Shown here: one piece after another, positions 38,663-49,100 of the stretch
Layout of the letters: each line of letters starts with the position of its first letter
Numbering within the stretch: the stretch's first letter is position 1
NCBI GenBank assembly: GCA_965224245.1
Contig: OZ245046.1
Span: 1,696,001 to 1,760,000 of the forward strand
DNA from: Candidatus Eiseniibacteriota bacterium
GTDB taxonomy: Bacteria > Eisenbacteria > RBG-16-71-46 > CAZAMP01
DNA length: 64,000 bases
Reading direction: 5' to 3'
The notes under the pieces: model-generated
Seen by the model: only the letters and a program-made list of their open reading frames with translations
Database searches by the model: none
What the model was told of the DNA's origin: nothing
Program-made: the position numbers and the translations under genes

Positions 38663-41516
38663 CCATGGCCTCCTGGGTCGACTTCGCGTCCGCCGTGCGG
38701 ACGGGCGCGTTCTCTCGGAGCCCCGCGAGGATCTTCTCGGGGGTGATGGGCAGCTCCGTCACCCGGACCCCGCAGGCGTCGTAGATCGCGTTCGCGATGG
38801 CGCCGATAACGGGCAACAGCGAGCCCTCGCCGATCTCCTTGGCTCCGAACGGCCCGCGGGGCTCGAAGCTCTCCACCGCCACCGACCGGATCGCGGGCGT
38901 CTCGTGGATGCTGGGGATCAGGTAGTCGTGGAGCGTGGGATTGGCGATCGTGCCGTCGGGGCGGACGACGACGTCCTCGAGGAGCGTCTCGCCGAGCCCC
39001 ATGATGACCGCACCCTCCACCTGTCCGTGAAACGTGACGGGATTGATGACGGTGCCCGCGTCGCTGTAGTCGACGACGCGCTCCACGGTCACGTAGCCGG
39101 TCTCGAGGTCCACGTCGACCTCGCACACCGCGGTGGAGAAGCTGTAGGCGGGAGACGTCCCGACGGTCCCGCCCTTGAACGAGCCGCCGAGCCTCGACGG
39201 GGGCCGGTAGCACCCGGTTCCCACCACCGGTCCCGACCGCGCGAAGAGCGCGCGCGCCGTCTCGTCCCACCCGAGCCCCACGTCGGGATGCGTCTCGACG
39301 AAGATCCGTCCCTCGCGCGCCACCAGCGCGCCGGAGTCGCAGCCGAGAACCGAGGCCGCCACCCCGAAGAGCTTGCCGCGAACCTCGGCGGCGGCCGCCT
39401 TCACCGCGTTGCCGGCCATCAGCGTGACCCGGCTCGAGTAGGAGCCGAGGTCGAAGGGCGCGAGCACCGAGTCGCACTCCACGAGCCAGACGCGGTCGTA
39501 CGGAATGCCCAGCTCCTCGGCGGCGATCTGGACCAGGACCGTGTCCGAGCCCTGTCCGATCTCGGCCGCGGCGATGTGGACGGAGACCGCGTTGCCGTCC
39601 TCGTGCACGCGGATCACCGCGTTCGAGTGCGGGAAGTCGGAGCGATGAATCGGATAGCCGGCGCCCGAGACGAAGCCGCCGCAGCTCGCGCCGATCCCTT
39701 TGCCCCGGGGCAGGCGGCCGCGCTTCTCGCGCCAGCCCGACGCCTCGCGCGCCCCTTCGATGGTGGCGCGGAGCTCGCACGACGAGATGTCGAGGTCGTT
39801 GCAGGTCAGGGTGCCGGGATCCATCGCGTTCCGGAGGCGGATCTCCAGGGGATCCAGCCCGAGGTCCTCGGCGATGGCATCCATCAGCGTCTCGAACGCG
39901 AAGCGGGGGTGCGGCACGCCGTGTCCGCGCATGGCGCCCGACGCCGGCAGGTTCGTGTAGACGCGGAGCCCCTGGTAGCGGAAGTGCGACATCTTGTACA
40001 GCGTGGGCAGCATCGAGCCCGCGTAGTACGCGGTGATCACGCCGAACGACGTGTAGGCGCCGCCGTCGAGCACGGTGTGGAGGTCCACGGCCGTGATTCG
40101 TCCGTCGCGGCGCACGCCGATCCGGAGATCCATGTACTGCTTGTGACGCCCGCGGAAGTGCCGGACCATCTCCTCTCGCGTGTAGCGCATCATCACCGGG
40201 CGTCCCGTGCGCCGTGACAGGATCACGGCGCAGAAGTCCAGCGGCGTCGTCTCGGCCTTGACCCCGAAGCCTCCCCCCACCGCGGGACGGATCACGCGGA
40301 TGTTGCCGGTGGGAATGCCGAGCGTCATGGCCAGCGTCTTCTGCACGTAGTAGGGCGCCTGCGCGGACGACCAGAGCGTCACCTTCTCGCCGTGATGCTC
40401 CCAGCGCGCCAGCGACGCGTGGGGCTCGATCGGCGACTGGTAGGTCCGGTTCCCCACGAAGCGCTGCTCGCGCACGTGGTCGGCCTCGGCGAAGCCGGCC
40501 TCCACGTCGCCGAAGTGCCAGTCCACCCGGGTGTTCACGTTGCCCGCGTAGCGCGGGTCCTCGGGATGGATGGGCGTGGCGTCGGGGGCCAACGCCGCCT
40601 TGGGGTCGAACGCGGCGGGGAGCTCCTCGTACTCCACCTCGATCAGCTCGAGCGCGCGCTCGGCCGTCTCCTCGTCCACGGCGGCCACCGCGGCGACCTC
40701 GTCACCGACGTAGCGGACGCGCTCGGTGGCCAGCACGTGCTCGTCGAAGCGCGCCGGGCTCACGCCGTACCGCACGTCCGGCACGTCGGCGCCGGTGATC
40801 ACGTCGAGCACGCCCGGGAGCGCGCGAGCGCGCGAGACGTCGATGCGCCGGATGATTCCGTGTGCGATCGGGCTGGTCAGGATCTTCCCGTGGATCATGC
40901 CCGGCAGCCGGAGGTCCGCCGTGTACGTCGCGCGTCCCGAGACCTTGTCGGGGGCGTCGTAGCGCGTGACGCCGTGGGTGACCACGCGCTGGTCACGCAC
41001 CTGATCTCGCTCGGCATCCGAGGCGGGCGCCGTCGTGAACGGCTCGTCGGCGAACCGCCGCCAGTCGCGGATGGCGGCCACGATCCGGGGATAGGTGCCG
41101 CAGCGGCACAGGTTCGCGCTCAGCGCCTCGCGAATCTCCGCCTCGGTCGGGTCGGGTTTGCGATCGATCAGCGCCTTGGCCGACAGGAGCATGCCGGACG
41201 TGCAGTAGCCGCACTGGAGGGCGCCGTGCTTGATGAAGGACTTCTGCAGCGGATGAAGCTCGCCGCCGGCGCCGAGGCCCTCCACGGTGGTCACGTCGGC
41301 GCCGTCCACGGTCACGGTCAGCGTGAGGCAGGCCATCACCACCCGACCGTCCACGATGACCGTGCACGCGCCACAGTCGCCGAGGCCACATCCCTCCTTC
41401 GTGCCGGTCAGATCGAGCGTCTCGCGGAGGGTGGAGAGGAGGGTGTCGGAGGGCTTCACCGCGATCGCATGTCGTCGACCATTGACGCGAAGCGTGATGA
41501 GCGTCTCCTCCGCCAT
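38631..41516 (-). CDS. hcrA: 4-hydroxybenzoyl-CoA reductase-like fused [2Fe-2S] + molybdopterin subunit
   Basis: GCGLGDCGAC and QCGYC..LCRC, then GGGFG, GAMRGHG, GFVSG, KEIGEG; resembles HcrA. Confidence 0.75.
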   Translation of the reverse strand: MAEETLITLRVNGRRHAIAVKPSDTLLSTLRETLDLTGTKEGCGLGDCGACTVIVDGRVVMACLTLTVTVDGADVTTVEGLGAGGELHPLQKSFIKHGALQCGYCTSGMLLSAKALIDRKPDPTEAEIREALSANLCRCGTYPRIVAAIRDWRRFADEPFTTAPASDAERDQVRDQRVVTHGVTRYDAPDKVSGRATYTADLRLPGMIHGKILTSPIAHGIIRRIDVSRARALPGVLDVITGADVPDVRYGVSPARFDEHVLATERVRYVGDEVAAVAAVDEETAERALELIEVEYEELPAAFDPKAALAPDATPIHPEDPRYAGNVNTRVDWHFGDVEAGFAEADHVREQRFVGNRTYQSPIEPHASLARWEHHGEKVTLWSSAQAPYYVQKTLAMTLGIPTGNIRVIRPAVGGGFGVKAETTPLDFCAVILSRRTGRPVMMRYTREEMVRHFRGRHKQYMDLRIGVRRDGRITAVDLHTVLDGGAYTSFGVITAYYAGSMLPTLYKMSHFRYQGLRVYTNLPASGAMRGHGVPHPRFAFETLMDAIAEDLGLDPLEIRLRNAMDPGTLTCNDLDISSCELRATIEGAREASGWREKRGRLPRGKGIGASCGGFVSGAGYPIHRSDFPHSNAVIRVHEDGNAVSVHIAAAEIGQGSDTVLVQIAAEELGIPYDRVWLVECDSVLAPFDLGSYSSRVTLMAGNAVKAAAAEVRGKLFGVAASVLGCDSGALVAREGRIFVETHPDVGLGWDETARALFARSGPVVGTGCYRPPSRLGGSFKGGTVGTSPAYSFSTAVCEVDVDLETGYVTVERVVDYSDAGTVINPVTFHGQVEGAVIMGLGETLLEDVVVRPDGTIANPTLHDYLIPSIHETPAIRSVAVESFEPRGPFGAKEIGEGSLLPVIGAIANAIYDACGVRVTELPITPEKILAGLRENAPVRTADAKSTQEAMVGPGAIPGDD

Positions 41517-41539
41517 ACGGCTCTCCTCCACTCCCGGGG

Positions 41540-42412
41540 TCACGTGACACCCGCGCGTCTGGCCGCGGTCGTCAGCGCACGCCGCGTCAGCACCTCTACG
41601 AGCTCGTGCCGGTAGTCCACCGTGCCGCGGACGTCGGTGATGGGCCGGGCCTCGGTGGCGGCGATCGCGGCGGCCGTCGCGACGCACTCCGCCGTGGGCA
41701 TCTCCCCCACGAGTGCGCGACCGCACGCGGCGGCCAGGAGCGGCGTCGGCCCCACCGCGCCGAGCACGACGCGCGCGTCGGCGATGGTCCCGCCGTCCAG
41801 CACGATCCGGGCGGCCACGGCGGCCACCGCGAGGGCGGAGCCCCGGCGTCGGGAGAAGCGTTCGTACGCGGCGCCCGAGTGCGGCGGCTGTCGCGGGATC
41901 CGGATCTCGGTGAGGAGCTCGCCCGGCTCGAGCACCGTCCGGCGGGGACCGCGGAAGAAGTCGAGCGCCGCGAGCGTGCGTGAGCCGCCGTCGGCCTCGA
42001 GCGTCAGCGTGGCATCGCCGGCGATACAGATGGGGGGCGTGTCGGCACAGGGAACGGCCCGACAGAAGTTGCCGCCGATCGTGGCCTGGTTGCGAACCTG
42101 CTCCCCCGCCACGGTGCGTGCCGCCTCGGCCAGCGGCGCGAAGTGCTCGCGAACGTACGGGTCGTCGCAGACGTGCGTGAGGGACGCGGTGGCGCCGACG
42201 ACCAGCTCGGACCCGTCCATGCGGATCTCGCGCAGATCGGCGACCCGGGACAGATCGATCAGGTGCTCGACGCGGTCGCGCCCCTGCTTGAGGTCGGGCA
42301 GCACCTCGGTGCCCCCCGCGAGGTAGCAGGCCCCAACGCCCAGACGGCGCCCCAGCGCACTGGCCTCGGCCAGCGTCTCGGGTCGGTGATACGAGAAGTC
42401 ACCCATTCGCAT
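41540..42412 (-). CDS. FAD-binding subunit of xanthine-oxidase-family enzyme (HcrB-like, short)
   Basis: LAGGTE, RNQATIGGN, PITDVRGTVDYR. Confidence 0.9.
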   Translation of the reverse strand: MRMGDFSYHRPETLAEASALGRRLGVGACYLAGGTEVLPDLKQGRDRVEHLIDLSRVADLREIRMDGSELVVGATASLTHVCDDPYVREHFAPLAEAARTVAGEQVRNQATIGGNFCRAVPCADTPPICIAGDATLTLEADGGSRTLAALDFFRGPRRTVLEPGELLTEIRIPRQPPHSGAAYERFSRRRGSALAVAAVAARIVLDGGTIADARVVLGAVGPTPLLAAACGRALVGEMPTAECVATAAAIAATEARPITDVRGTVDYRHELVEVLTRRALTTAARRAGVT

Positions 42413-42464
42413 GGACTTATGGCTCTCGCGTTGGGGCCGGCGGGCGCTCGCGCCGCTCTAGATC

Positions 42465-42476
42465 GAACGTCCGTTC
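42465..42476. promoter_or_regulatory. Candidate TetR operator of the aromatic operon
   Basis: Inverted repeat GAACG-TC-CGTTC ~55 bp upstream of the first gene. Confidence 0.45.
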
Positions 42477-42562
42477 CGTAGGATCCGGCCCGGAGGAGGG
42501 CCCGTCTATCCGTAGTTTCCGAAGTGGTCCGGGCCGGCCTGCCCGCTGCGGTGATCGGGACA

Positions 42563-42644
42563 CCGGAGAGCGACGGCGCCCCGGATCGGCCGGAGAGCGA
42601 CGGCATCTCGGATCGGCTGGAGAAGCGACGGCAGGCGGGATCGG
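42563..42644. repeat. Intergenic tandem repeat, 3 x ~27 bp
   Basis: CCGGAGAGCGACGGC-N5-GGATCGG-type units at 42563, 42590, 42617. Confidence 0.85.
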
Positions 42645-43132
42645 CGGGACCGCGGGCCGGGCCGTGTCGCCATGCGCCTCGCCGGGCTCCTCCACGAGCG
42701 CCGCACCCGCACCCCTCCTCGAGCCGGACGATGCACACCCCACGTCGCGTCGGAGTACGAGTTGCGAACGGGTCGAGCAGTCTGCACGCGTCCCCGATGG
42801 TCGAGATCGTGCAATCGATCCGTCGCGACGATCCGTGATCGACGACGCGAACGTGACCGGTGGCGACGGGAGCGCGATGTGTGCGGAGTGCAAACTATCG
42901 CGTTGATCCCGCCTTCGGAGTAGTCCACGATCCCCTGTCGTGAGGACACGTCGCTACGTGGTAGCCGCAGGGCAGGTAAGTACTTTCCGTTCCGGGACGA
43001 AATCGTGCTTGGTAATCGGCACGCTGTTCGACAATAAAGACGTTGGCCGCCACTACACGGTGACCGTGCGGTGGCTTAACTTTGGCTGAAACCTTTTCGC
43101 TGGAATAGAACACTCGGAGAGAGGGGGCTACG

Positions 43133-44119
43133 ATGTCCGCGTGTGACAAGACAGCGTTGTGGTTCAAGAGAGCGGCGGTGCTCACGACCGTCGCCACGGT
43201 GACGGTCGTGCTGGCGTCATGCGATCGTGAGGTCACGCGCATCGTGTCCAACGAGGAGCCGTCGACCTGTGCGTCGTGTCACGTGTCGAACGACCTGATC
43301 ACCGCGAAGCAGACGCAGTGGGCGGAGTCGGGCCACGGCATGGGCGAGGCTTACGTACGCGGGACCCGGTCCAGCTGCGCCGGGTGCCACTCCGGCAGCG
43401 CCTTCTCGGAGATGATCGCGGCGGGTCTCAATCCGGGCAGCGTCGAATCGGGTGATCCGGAGCCGACTCGCCAGGACTGCCGCGCCTGCCACATGATCCA
43501 CGAGACCTACACCGAGGCCGACTTCGCGCTGGAGACCGAGGCGCCGGTGACCTTCTACGCCATGGAGGGCGTGACCTTCCGCGGCGGCGAGGGGAACCTG
43601 TGCGTCAACTGCCATCAGCCGCGCCGCGTCATCCCCGAGCCCGGCGAGGACGGGATGATCACCGGCATCACGAGCCACTGGGGACCGCACCACGGTCCGC
43701 AGAGCTCCATGCTGCTCGGAGTCGGTGGGGCCGGCGTGGACGACATGGTGAGCGGTCACTACGGGGCCGTCGTCAACACCTGCGTGCACTGCCACATGGG
43801 CGATGAGAAAAACCACACCTTCGAGCCCGAGGTCGAGAGATGCCAGGGCTGTCACCCCGATGCCGAGAACTTCGACATCGAGGGCGTGCAGACCGAGATG
43901 GAGGCGCTCATCGACGAGCTCGGCGAGCTGCTGGTGGCGAGAGGCCTGATCGACGAGAACTCGGAAGACGGCCACCCCATCGTCCGCTCGGCGCCCGAGG
44001 ACGAAGCGATCGCGCTGTGGAACTGGATCTACGTCGCCCACGAGGACAAGAGCAAGGGCGTCCACAACGCGAACTATACGAGAGCACTGCTCCTGGAAGG
44101 CCTGTCGCGGCTGGAGTAG
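43133..44119 (+). CDS. Hexaheme cytochrome c lipoprotein
   Basis: Lipobox LASC; CASCH, CAGCH, CRACH, CVNCH, CVHCH, CQGCH. Confidence 0.92.
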   Translation: MSACDKTALWFKRAAVLTTVATVTVVLASCDREVTRIVSNEEPSTCASCHVSNDLITAKQTQWAESGHGMGEAYVRGTRSSCAGCHSGSAFSEMIAAGLNPGSVESGDPEPTRQDCRACHMIHETYTEADFALETEAPVTFYAMEGVTFRGGEGNLCVNCHQPRRVIPEPGEDGMITGITSHWGPHHGPQSSMLLGVGGAGVDDMVSGHYGAVVNTCVHCHMGDEKNHTFEPEVERCQGCHPDAENFDIEGVQTEMEALIDELGELLVARGLIDENSEDGHPIVRSAPEDEAIALWNWIYVAHEDKSKGVHNANYTRALLLEGLSRLE

Positions 44120-44474
44120 TCGACGGTCGACGGGGCGGTCCGGCCGCCCTCTGAGGAACACGGCCCGGCGAGGGTCCTCTCCCTCGCTCGGGCCGTTCGT
44201 GTTTCGACTCGGTTGACGTCGGGTCCGGATGCCCGATGCGGGCCGTCCATCGAGGTCGTCGCCGGGACGATGGCGAAAGCCGTGACCGCGAGCCCCCCAC
44301 CTAGCCCCCGAAGAGATCGTGATCCGCGTCGGTAGCCGACGCCGACAAAACGGGCATCTCCATGGTGCATCGACATCAATGTGCTGGACCCGGAACCCGA
44401 TGGCATCGGATGCCCCGAGCTGTCAGAATCCACGTTCGTCACCGGCCGGACCCTCTCGAACCCTGGAGGACCCC

Positions 44475-46133
44475 GTGACCCACCGCGCCCCGTGGCTCGC
44501 TCTCGTGCTCGGTCTCGTGTCCGCTCCCTCCGCTCCCGCCGGCGACTCGACCGTCGGCACGCTGGTCAACTCGCTCGACGCCTACCTCGGCTACACGCTC
44601 TTCTCACCGATGCTCTACAACGAGACGTACCTCATCACGAACGACGGCCGGGTGGTGAAGACCTGGCGCAGCGACCACGTCGTGGGAAACTCGGCCTACC
44701 TGCTCGAGAACGGTGACCTGCTGCGGACCGCCGACCCCGGAAGCCCGTACTTCGTCGTGGGCGGCGACGCCGGTCTCGTCGAACGCTACGACTGGGACGG
44801 CAACCTCGTGTGGAGCTTCCTCTACTCCGACGAGCAGGTGCGCGCCCACCACGACGTCGCGCCGCTCCCGAACGGCAACGTGCTCATCCTCGCGTTCGAG
44901 CTCATCACGGGCGAGGAGGCGATCGCCGCGGGACGCGACCCGGCCCGGCTCGTGGATGGCGAGATCTGGGCCGAGCACGTGGTCGAGGTCGAGCCCGTGG
45001 GTACGAACGGGGGCAACATCGTCTGGGAGTGGCACGTCTGGGATCACCTGATCCAGGACTTCGACCCGACCCGGGACGACTACGGCGTCGTGGCCGAGCA
45101 CCCCGAGCGCTTCGACGTGAACTTCGGCGGCACCAGCGCGGACTGGATGCACGCGAACGCGATCGACTACCACCCGGGGCTGGATCAGATCATGATCTCG
45201 TCTCCGTTCTGGAGCGAGTTCTGGATCATCGATCACGGCACGACGACCGAGGAGGCCGCCGGCCACACCGGAGGACCCCGCGGACGGGGCGGCGACGTGC
45301 TCTATCGCTGGGGGAATCCCCAGGCCTATCGTGCGGGCACGAAGGCCGACCGCAAGCTCTACGGACAGCACCATCCCCACTGGATTCCCGACGACCTGCC
45401 GGGGGCCGGACACGTCCTGGTGTTCAACAACGGCCAGGGACGTCCGGAGGGTGCGTACTCGAGCGTGGAGGAGATCGTCACCCCCGTCGACGCGGACGGT
45501 GACTATCCCGTCCCGCCCGCCGGCACCGCCCACGGTCCCGCCGACGCGTCATGGATCTACGCCACCGGGACCAGCGACTTCTACTCCCCCTTCATCTCCG
45601 GCGCCCAGCGCCTCGTGAACGGCAGCACCCTGATCTGCCAGGGTCCCCAGGGGACGTTCTTCGAGATCGACGAGGGGAAATCGGAGGTATGGCGCTACGT
45701 GAGCCCGGTCAACGGGGACGGCGCGATCTGCCAGGGGGAGACGCCGTCACAGAACCTGGTCTTCCGGGCGCAGCGCTTCGCTCCCGACTTCGCGGGGTTC
45801 GCCGGTCGCACGCTGATCGCGGGCGACCGGATCGAGGACTGCATCCTCGCCGCAGGCGGTGCAGCCGCGGACGTTCGGCCGATCGTGTACGCAGCCCCGA
45901 ACCCACTGATTACCCGCGCGGAGATTCGCTACACGCTGGATGTGGCCGCGACCGTCACGTTGCGCGTCGTCGACGTCGCGGGGCGCGTCGTCCACGAGCT
46001 CGCGGCCGGACCTCGGCCCGCCGGCGCGCACGCGGAGGTGTGGGACGCGGCAGACGTCGCTCCCGGCGTTTACTTCTACGAGCTCCGCGCGGGCTCGGCG
46101 CGGCACGTGGATCGACTGACCGTTCTCGAGTGA
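44475..46133 (+). CDS. Secreted arylsulfate sulfotransferase (ASST)-like protein with C-terminal sorting-like domain
   Basis: HHD, DWMHANAIDY, GQHHPHW, FNNG, ISGAQRL; C-terminal APNP..PGVYF; GGAGG RBS. Confidence 0.85.
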   Translation: MTHRAPWLALVLGLVSAPSAPAGDSTVGTLVNSLDAYLGYTLFSPMLYNETYLITNDGRVVKTWRSDHVVGNSAYLLENGDLLRTADPGSPYFVVGGDAGLVERYDWDGNLVWSFLYSDEQVRAHHDVAPLPNGNVLILAFELITGEEAIAAGRDPARLVDGEIWAEHVVEVEPVGTNGGNIVWEWHVWDHLIQDFDPTRDDYGVVAEHPERFDVNFGGTSADWMHANAIDYHPGLDQIMISSPFWSEFWIIDHGTTTEEAAGHTGGPRGRGGDVLYRWGNPQAYRAGTKADRKLYGQHHPHWIPDDLPGAGHVLVFNNGQGRPEGAYSSVEEIVTPVDADGDYPVPPAGTAHGPADASWIYATGTSDFYSPFISGAQRLVNGSTLICQGPQGTFFEIDEGKSEVWRYVSPVNGDGAICQGETPSQNLVFRAQRFAPDFAGFAGRTLIAGDRIEDCILAAGGAAADVRPIVYAAPNPLITRAEIRYTLDVAATVTLRVVDVAGRVVHELAAGPRPAGAHAEVWDAADVAPGVYFYELRAGSARHVDRLTVLE

Positions 46134-46178
46134 CGCCTACCATCCGAGCCCCAACACCCGGGTGTCGGGCGACGCCGA

Positions 46179-49100
46179 CTATGGAAGTCGCAGCACCCGG
46201 GTGTCACGAACGCGCCCGGGCGCGGTGAGCCGGATGAAGTAGACGCCCGGCATCACCGTGCGATGGTGCGCATCCCGCCCGTCCCACGTGATCGTGTGGG
46301 CGCCGACCGGGTAGACGCCGTCGCCGAGCGTCGCGACGCGCCGGCCTCCGACGTCGTAGGCGGCGATCGTCACGTGCTCGTCGGTCCCGGCGAATCCCGA
46401 GGCGATGAACCCGATCCGGAGCGGGCCTGCCCGCCACGGGCTCGGCCCCACCGACAGCGCGGACGGTGCCCGCACGGTTCCCTCGTGGAGCACGACGGCC
46501 TCCCCGAGGCCGTTCCGGGCGGTGAGTCGAAGCTCGCTCCCCCACGCGCCGTCCAGCACGAGCGTGCCTTCGGTGGCATCGGCGATCTCGGTTCGCCACG
46601 GCGCGCCGCCCCGCCGCGTCTCGACGTCGTAGCGAACGCCCGCGTCGGGACCGGGCTCGGTGGCCCAGGAGATCACGGTCTCCCGCTCGCGCGAGTCGAT
46701 CGCGAACCGCGTCAGCGCGATGGCGGCGTCGATGGTGAACGACGCGCCGGTGGTCGCCTCGCCGGAGACCGCGGAATCGGAGGGGACGACGCGGACCTCC
46801 GCGAAGCGCGTCGGGAGATGCGGGACGCGCACCGTCACGCGATTGGCGCCGGCTCCCCCGACCCCGGCGACGAGGGATCGATACGTCGACCCGCCGTCGA
46901 GCGACAGCTCCAGATCCGCGGGCTGAGCACCGTCCCAGCGTACCTCGACCGGCGCGCCCACGTTCCAGGTCTCGCCCCCGGTGGGCGCGGTGAGGTGGTA
47001 GCGATTCAGGTCGAGAAGACGCGCGATCCCGCTGCCCTGCGACGGACGAGCGGTCAGGAGATCCGCGAAGCCGTCGTCCACGTGGTCGCCTCCCGCCGCG
47101 ACGCGCTCCCCGAGACGATCCCCGGGTGTGCCGTACATCGTCACGTCGGCGATCGCGTCCAGACGCGGCCCCCCGAAGTACACGTCGATGCGCCCCGCGT
47201 CCACACCCGCCGCATCGGAGCCCGGCGAGCCGACGACGACGTCGGCGTAGCCGTCGCCGTTGAGATCCGGATGGAGGACGACGGCGGCGCCGGTCTCGTC
47301 GCCCGTCGCGCCCTCGATCACGAGTGCCGGGACGTCACTGACGTCGAAGGCGCCGAGGTACACGTACGCCCGGCCGGCATCGTCACCCACGCGGTCGTCG
47401 GTCGGGGCCCCGACCACGAAGTCGGGTCGTCCGTCCCCGTTCACGTCCCAACCGGCGCTCACGGCCGACGCGAAGGAGTCGCCGGGCCAGGGCTGGTCGA
47501 TCCGGATCGCACCCGAGCCCGAGCCGCTCGCCCCGCCGAGCCACAGGTAGACGTCGTCGTTGCCGTCGAGGCGTCCCACGACGTCGTCGTATCCGTCGCC
47601 GTCCACGTCGCCGGCGGCCACGCCGTTCTCGACGTTGCGATCGGCGTCGTAGCCGGTGTCGAAGGCCGGGCCGCCGTAGTAGATGTAGGTGGAGCCGTCG
47701 TAGGACTCGGAGATCGCGACGTCCTCGAAGCCGTCGCCGTTGAAGTCGCCCGCGCTCCCCACGTGCGAGCCGAACCGCTGCACGCCGATCCCGCCGTCGA
47801 AGGTGGCGTCCGCGACACCGTCGAACGACGGACCGCCGAGGTACACGAACACGCTCCCGCCGCCGGCCGCCTCGGTGGCCCCGACGAGGAGATCGGGGTG
47901 CCCGTCCGCGTCGACGTCCGCGGCCCCGACGCTCGTTCCGAAGAGGTCGTTCGAGCTCGGTCCGCCGATGACGACGTCGGGAACGTCATCGAGAGCCGGT
48001 CCCCCGAAGAAGACGAACGCGGCCCCGGCGTTCGAGCCCACGACGTCGTCCTGGGGGGCGCCCACCGCGAAGTCGTCGTGGCCGTCGGCGTTCAGGTCGC
48101 CCGCGTTCACGAGGCTCTCACCGAACCGCGAGGACCCCGACGTGCCGGAGAGCGACACCGCCTCGCGCTGAGCGATCGCCGGAGGCGCGACCGCTCGCAC
48201 GAGGCGTAGCGGCCCCACGGTGCGCGACGTCCCGGGCCCAGCCGCGCGGCCGGTGTACGTGATCCGGATGCTCGCGGCGTCGGTCACCACGTCGGGCATC
48301 GGGATCGTCAGCGTGTTCTCGTCGTCGCCCCCGACGCCGTGAGCCACCTCGATCCACGTGTGGCCGTCGACGGACGTGCTGACGTCGGCCCGGTCGTGCC
48401 CGCGCCAGCGCACGACGGCCTCTTTGCCGGCGACGAGTCGCGTGCCCGGCGACGGTGCGAGTATCTGGTACGGGAAGACCTCCTCGACCCATATGCGACC
48501 CCGGGCCGTGCCTCCCTCGTCATCGTATGGAGCGCTGAACGCGACGTCGGGATAGCCGTCGCCGTCCATGTCCCCCACGCCGGTGACGGCGGTGCCGAGC
48601 CGATCGGCACCGGTGCCGAACCAGCTCAGCGTCGGTGTCGTGCTGAGCGCCGATCCGCCGAGAAACAGATCCGCGCGACCCGCGTTGCCGATCGACCCGA
48701 CCGGAAACGCGTACGAGCCCACGAGAATGTCGTCGTACCCGTCGTGATCGACGTCGCCGGCCGCCGCCACGCTCGTGCCCATGCCGTGATTGGGGATCTG
48801 CCCCGGGAGTGTGACGCCCCGGAGCGAGAACCCGTCGGGTGCACCGTACTTCACGTAGACGAGGCCGTACCCGAGCTCGGCGTTCGGTCCTCCGACGGCG
48901 AAGTCGTCGAAGCCGTCGGCGTCGACGTCGCCAACGCCGGCGATGGCAGCCCCGAAGTCGTCGTCGGTGTCGCCGAAGATGCTGAGGTCGGCCGTCACGT
49001 CCAGGTGGCGGGAGCCGAAGTACCCCGCGATGAAGCTGCCGGTCGGCGCCCCGACCGCGAAGTCGTCGAGACCGTCGTCGTTGTAGTCGCCGATGATGGC

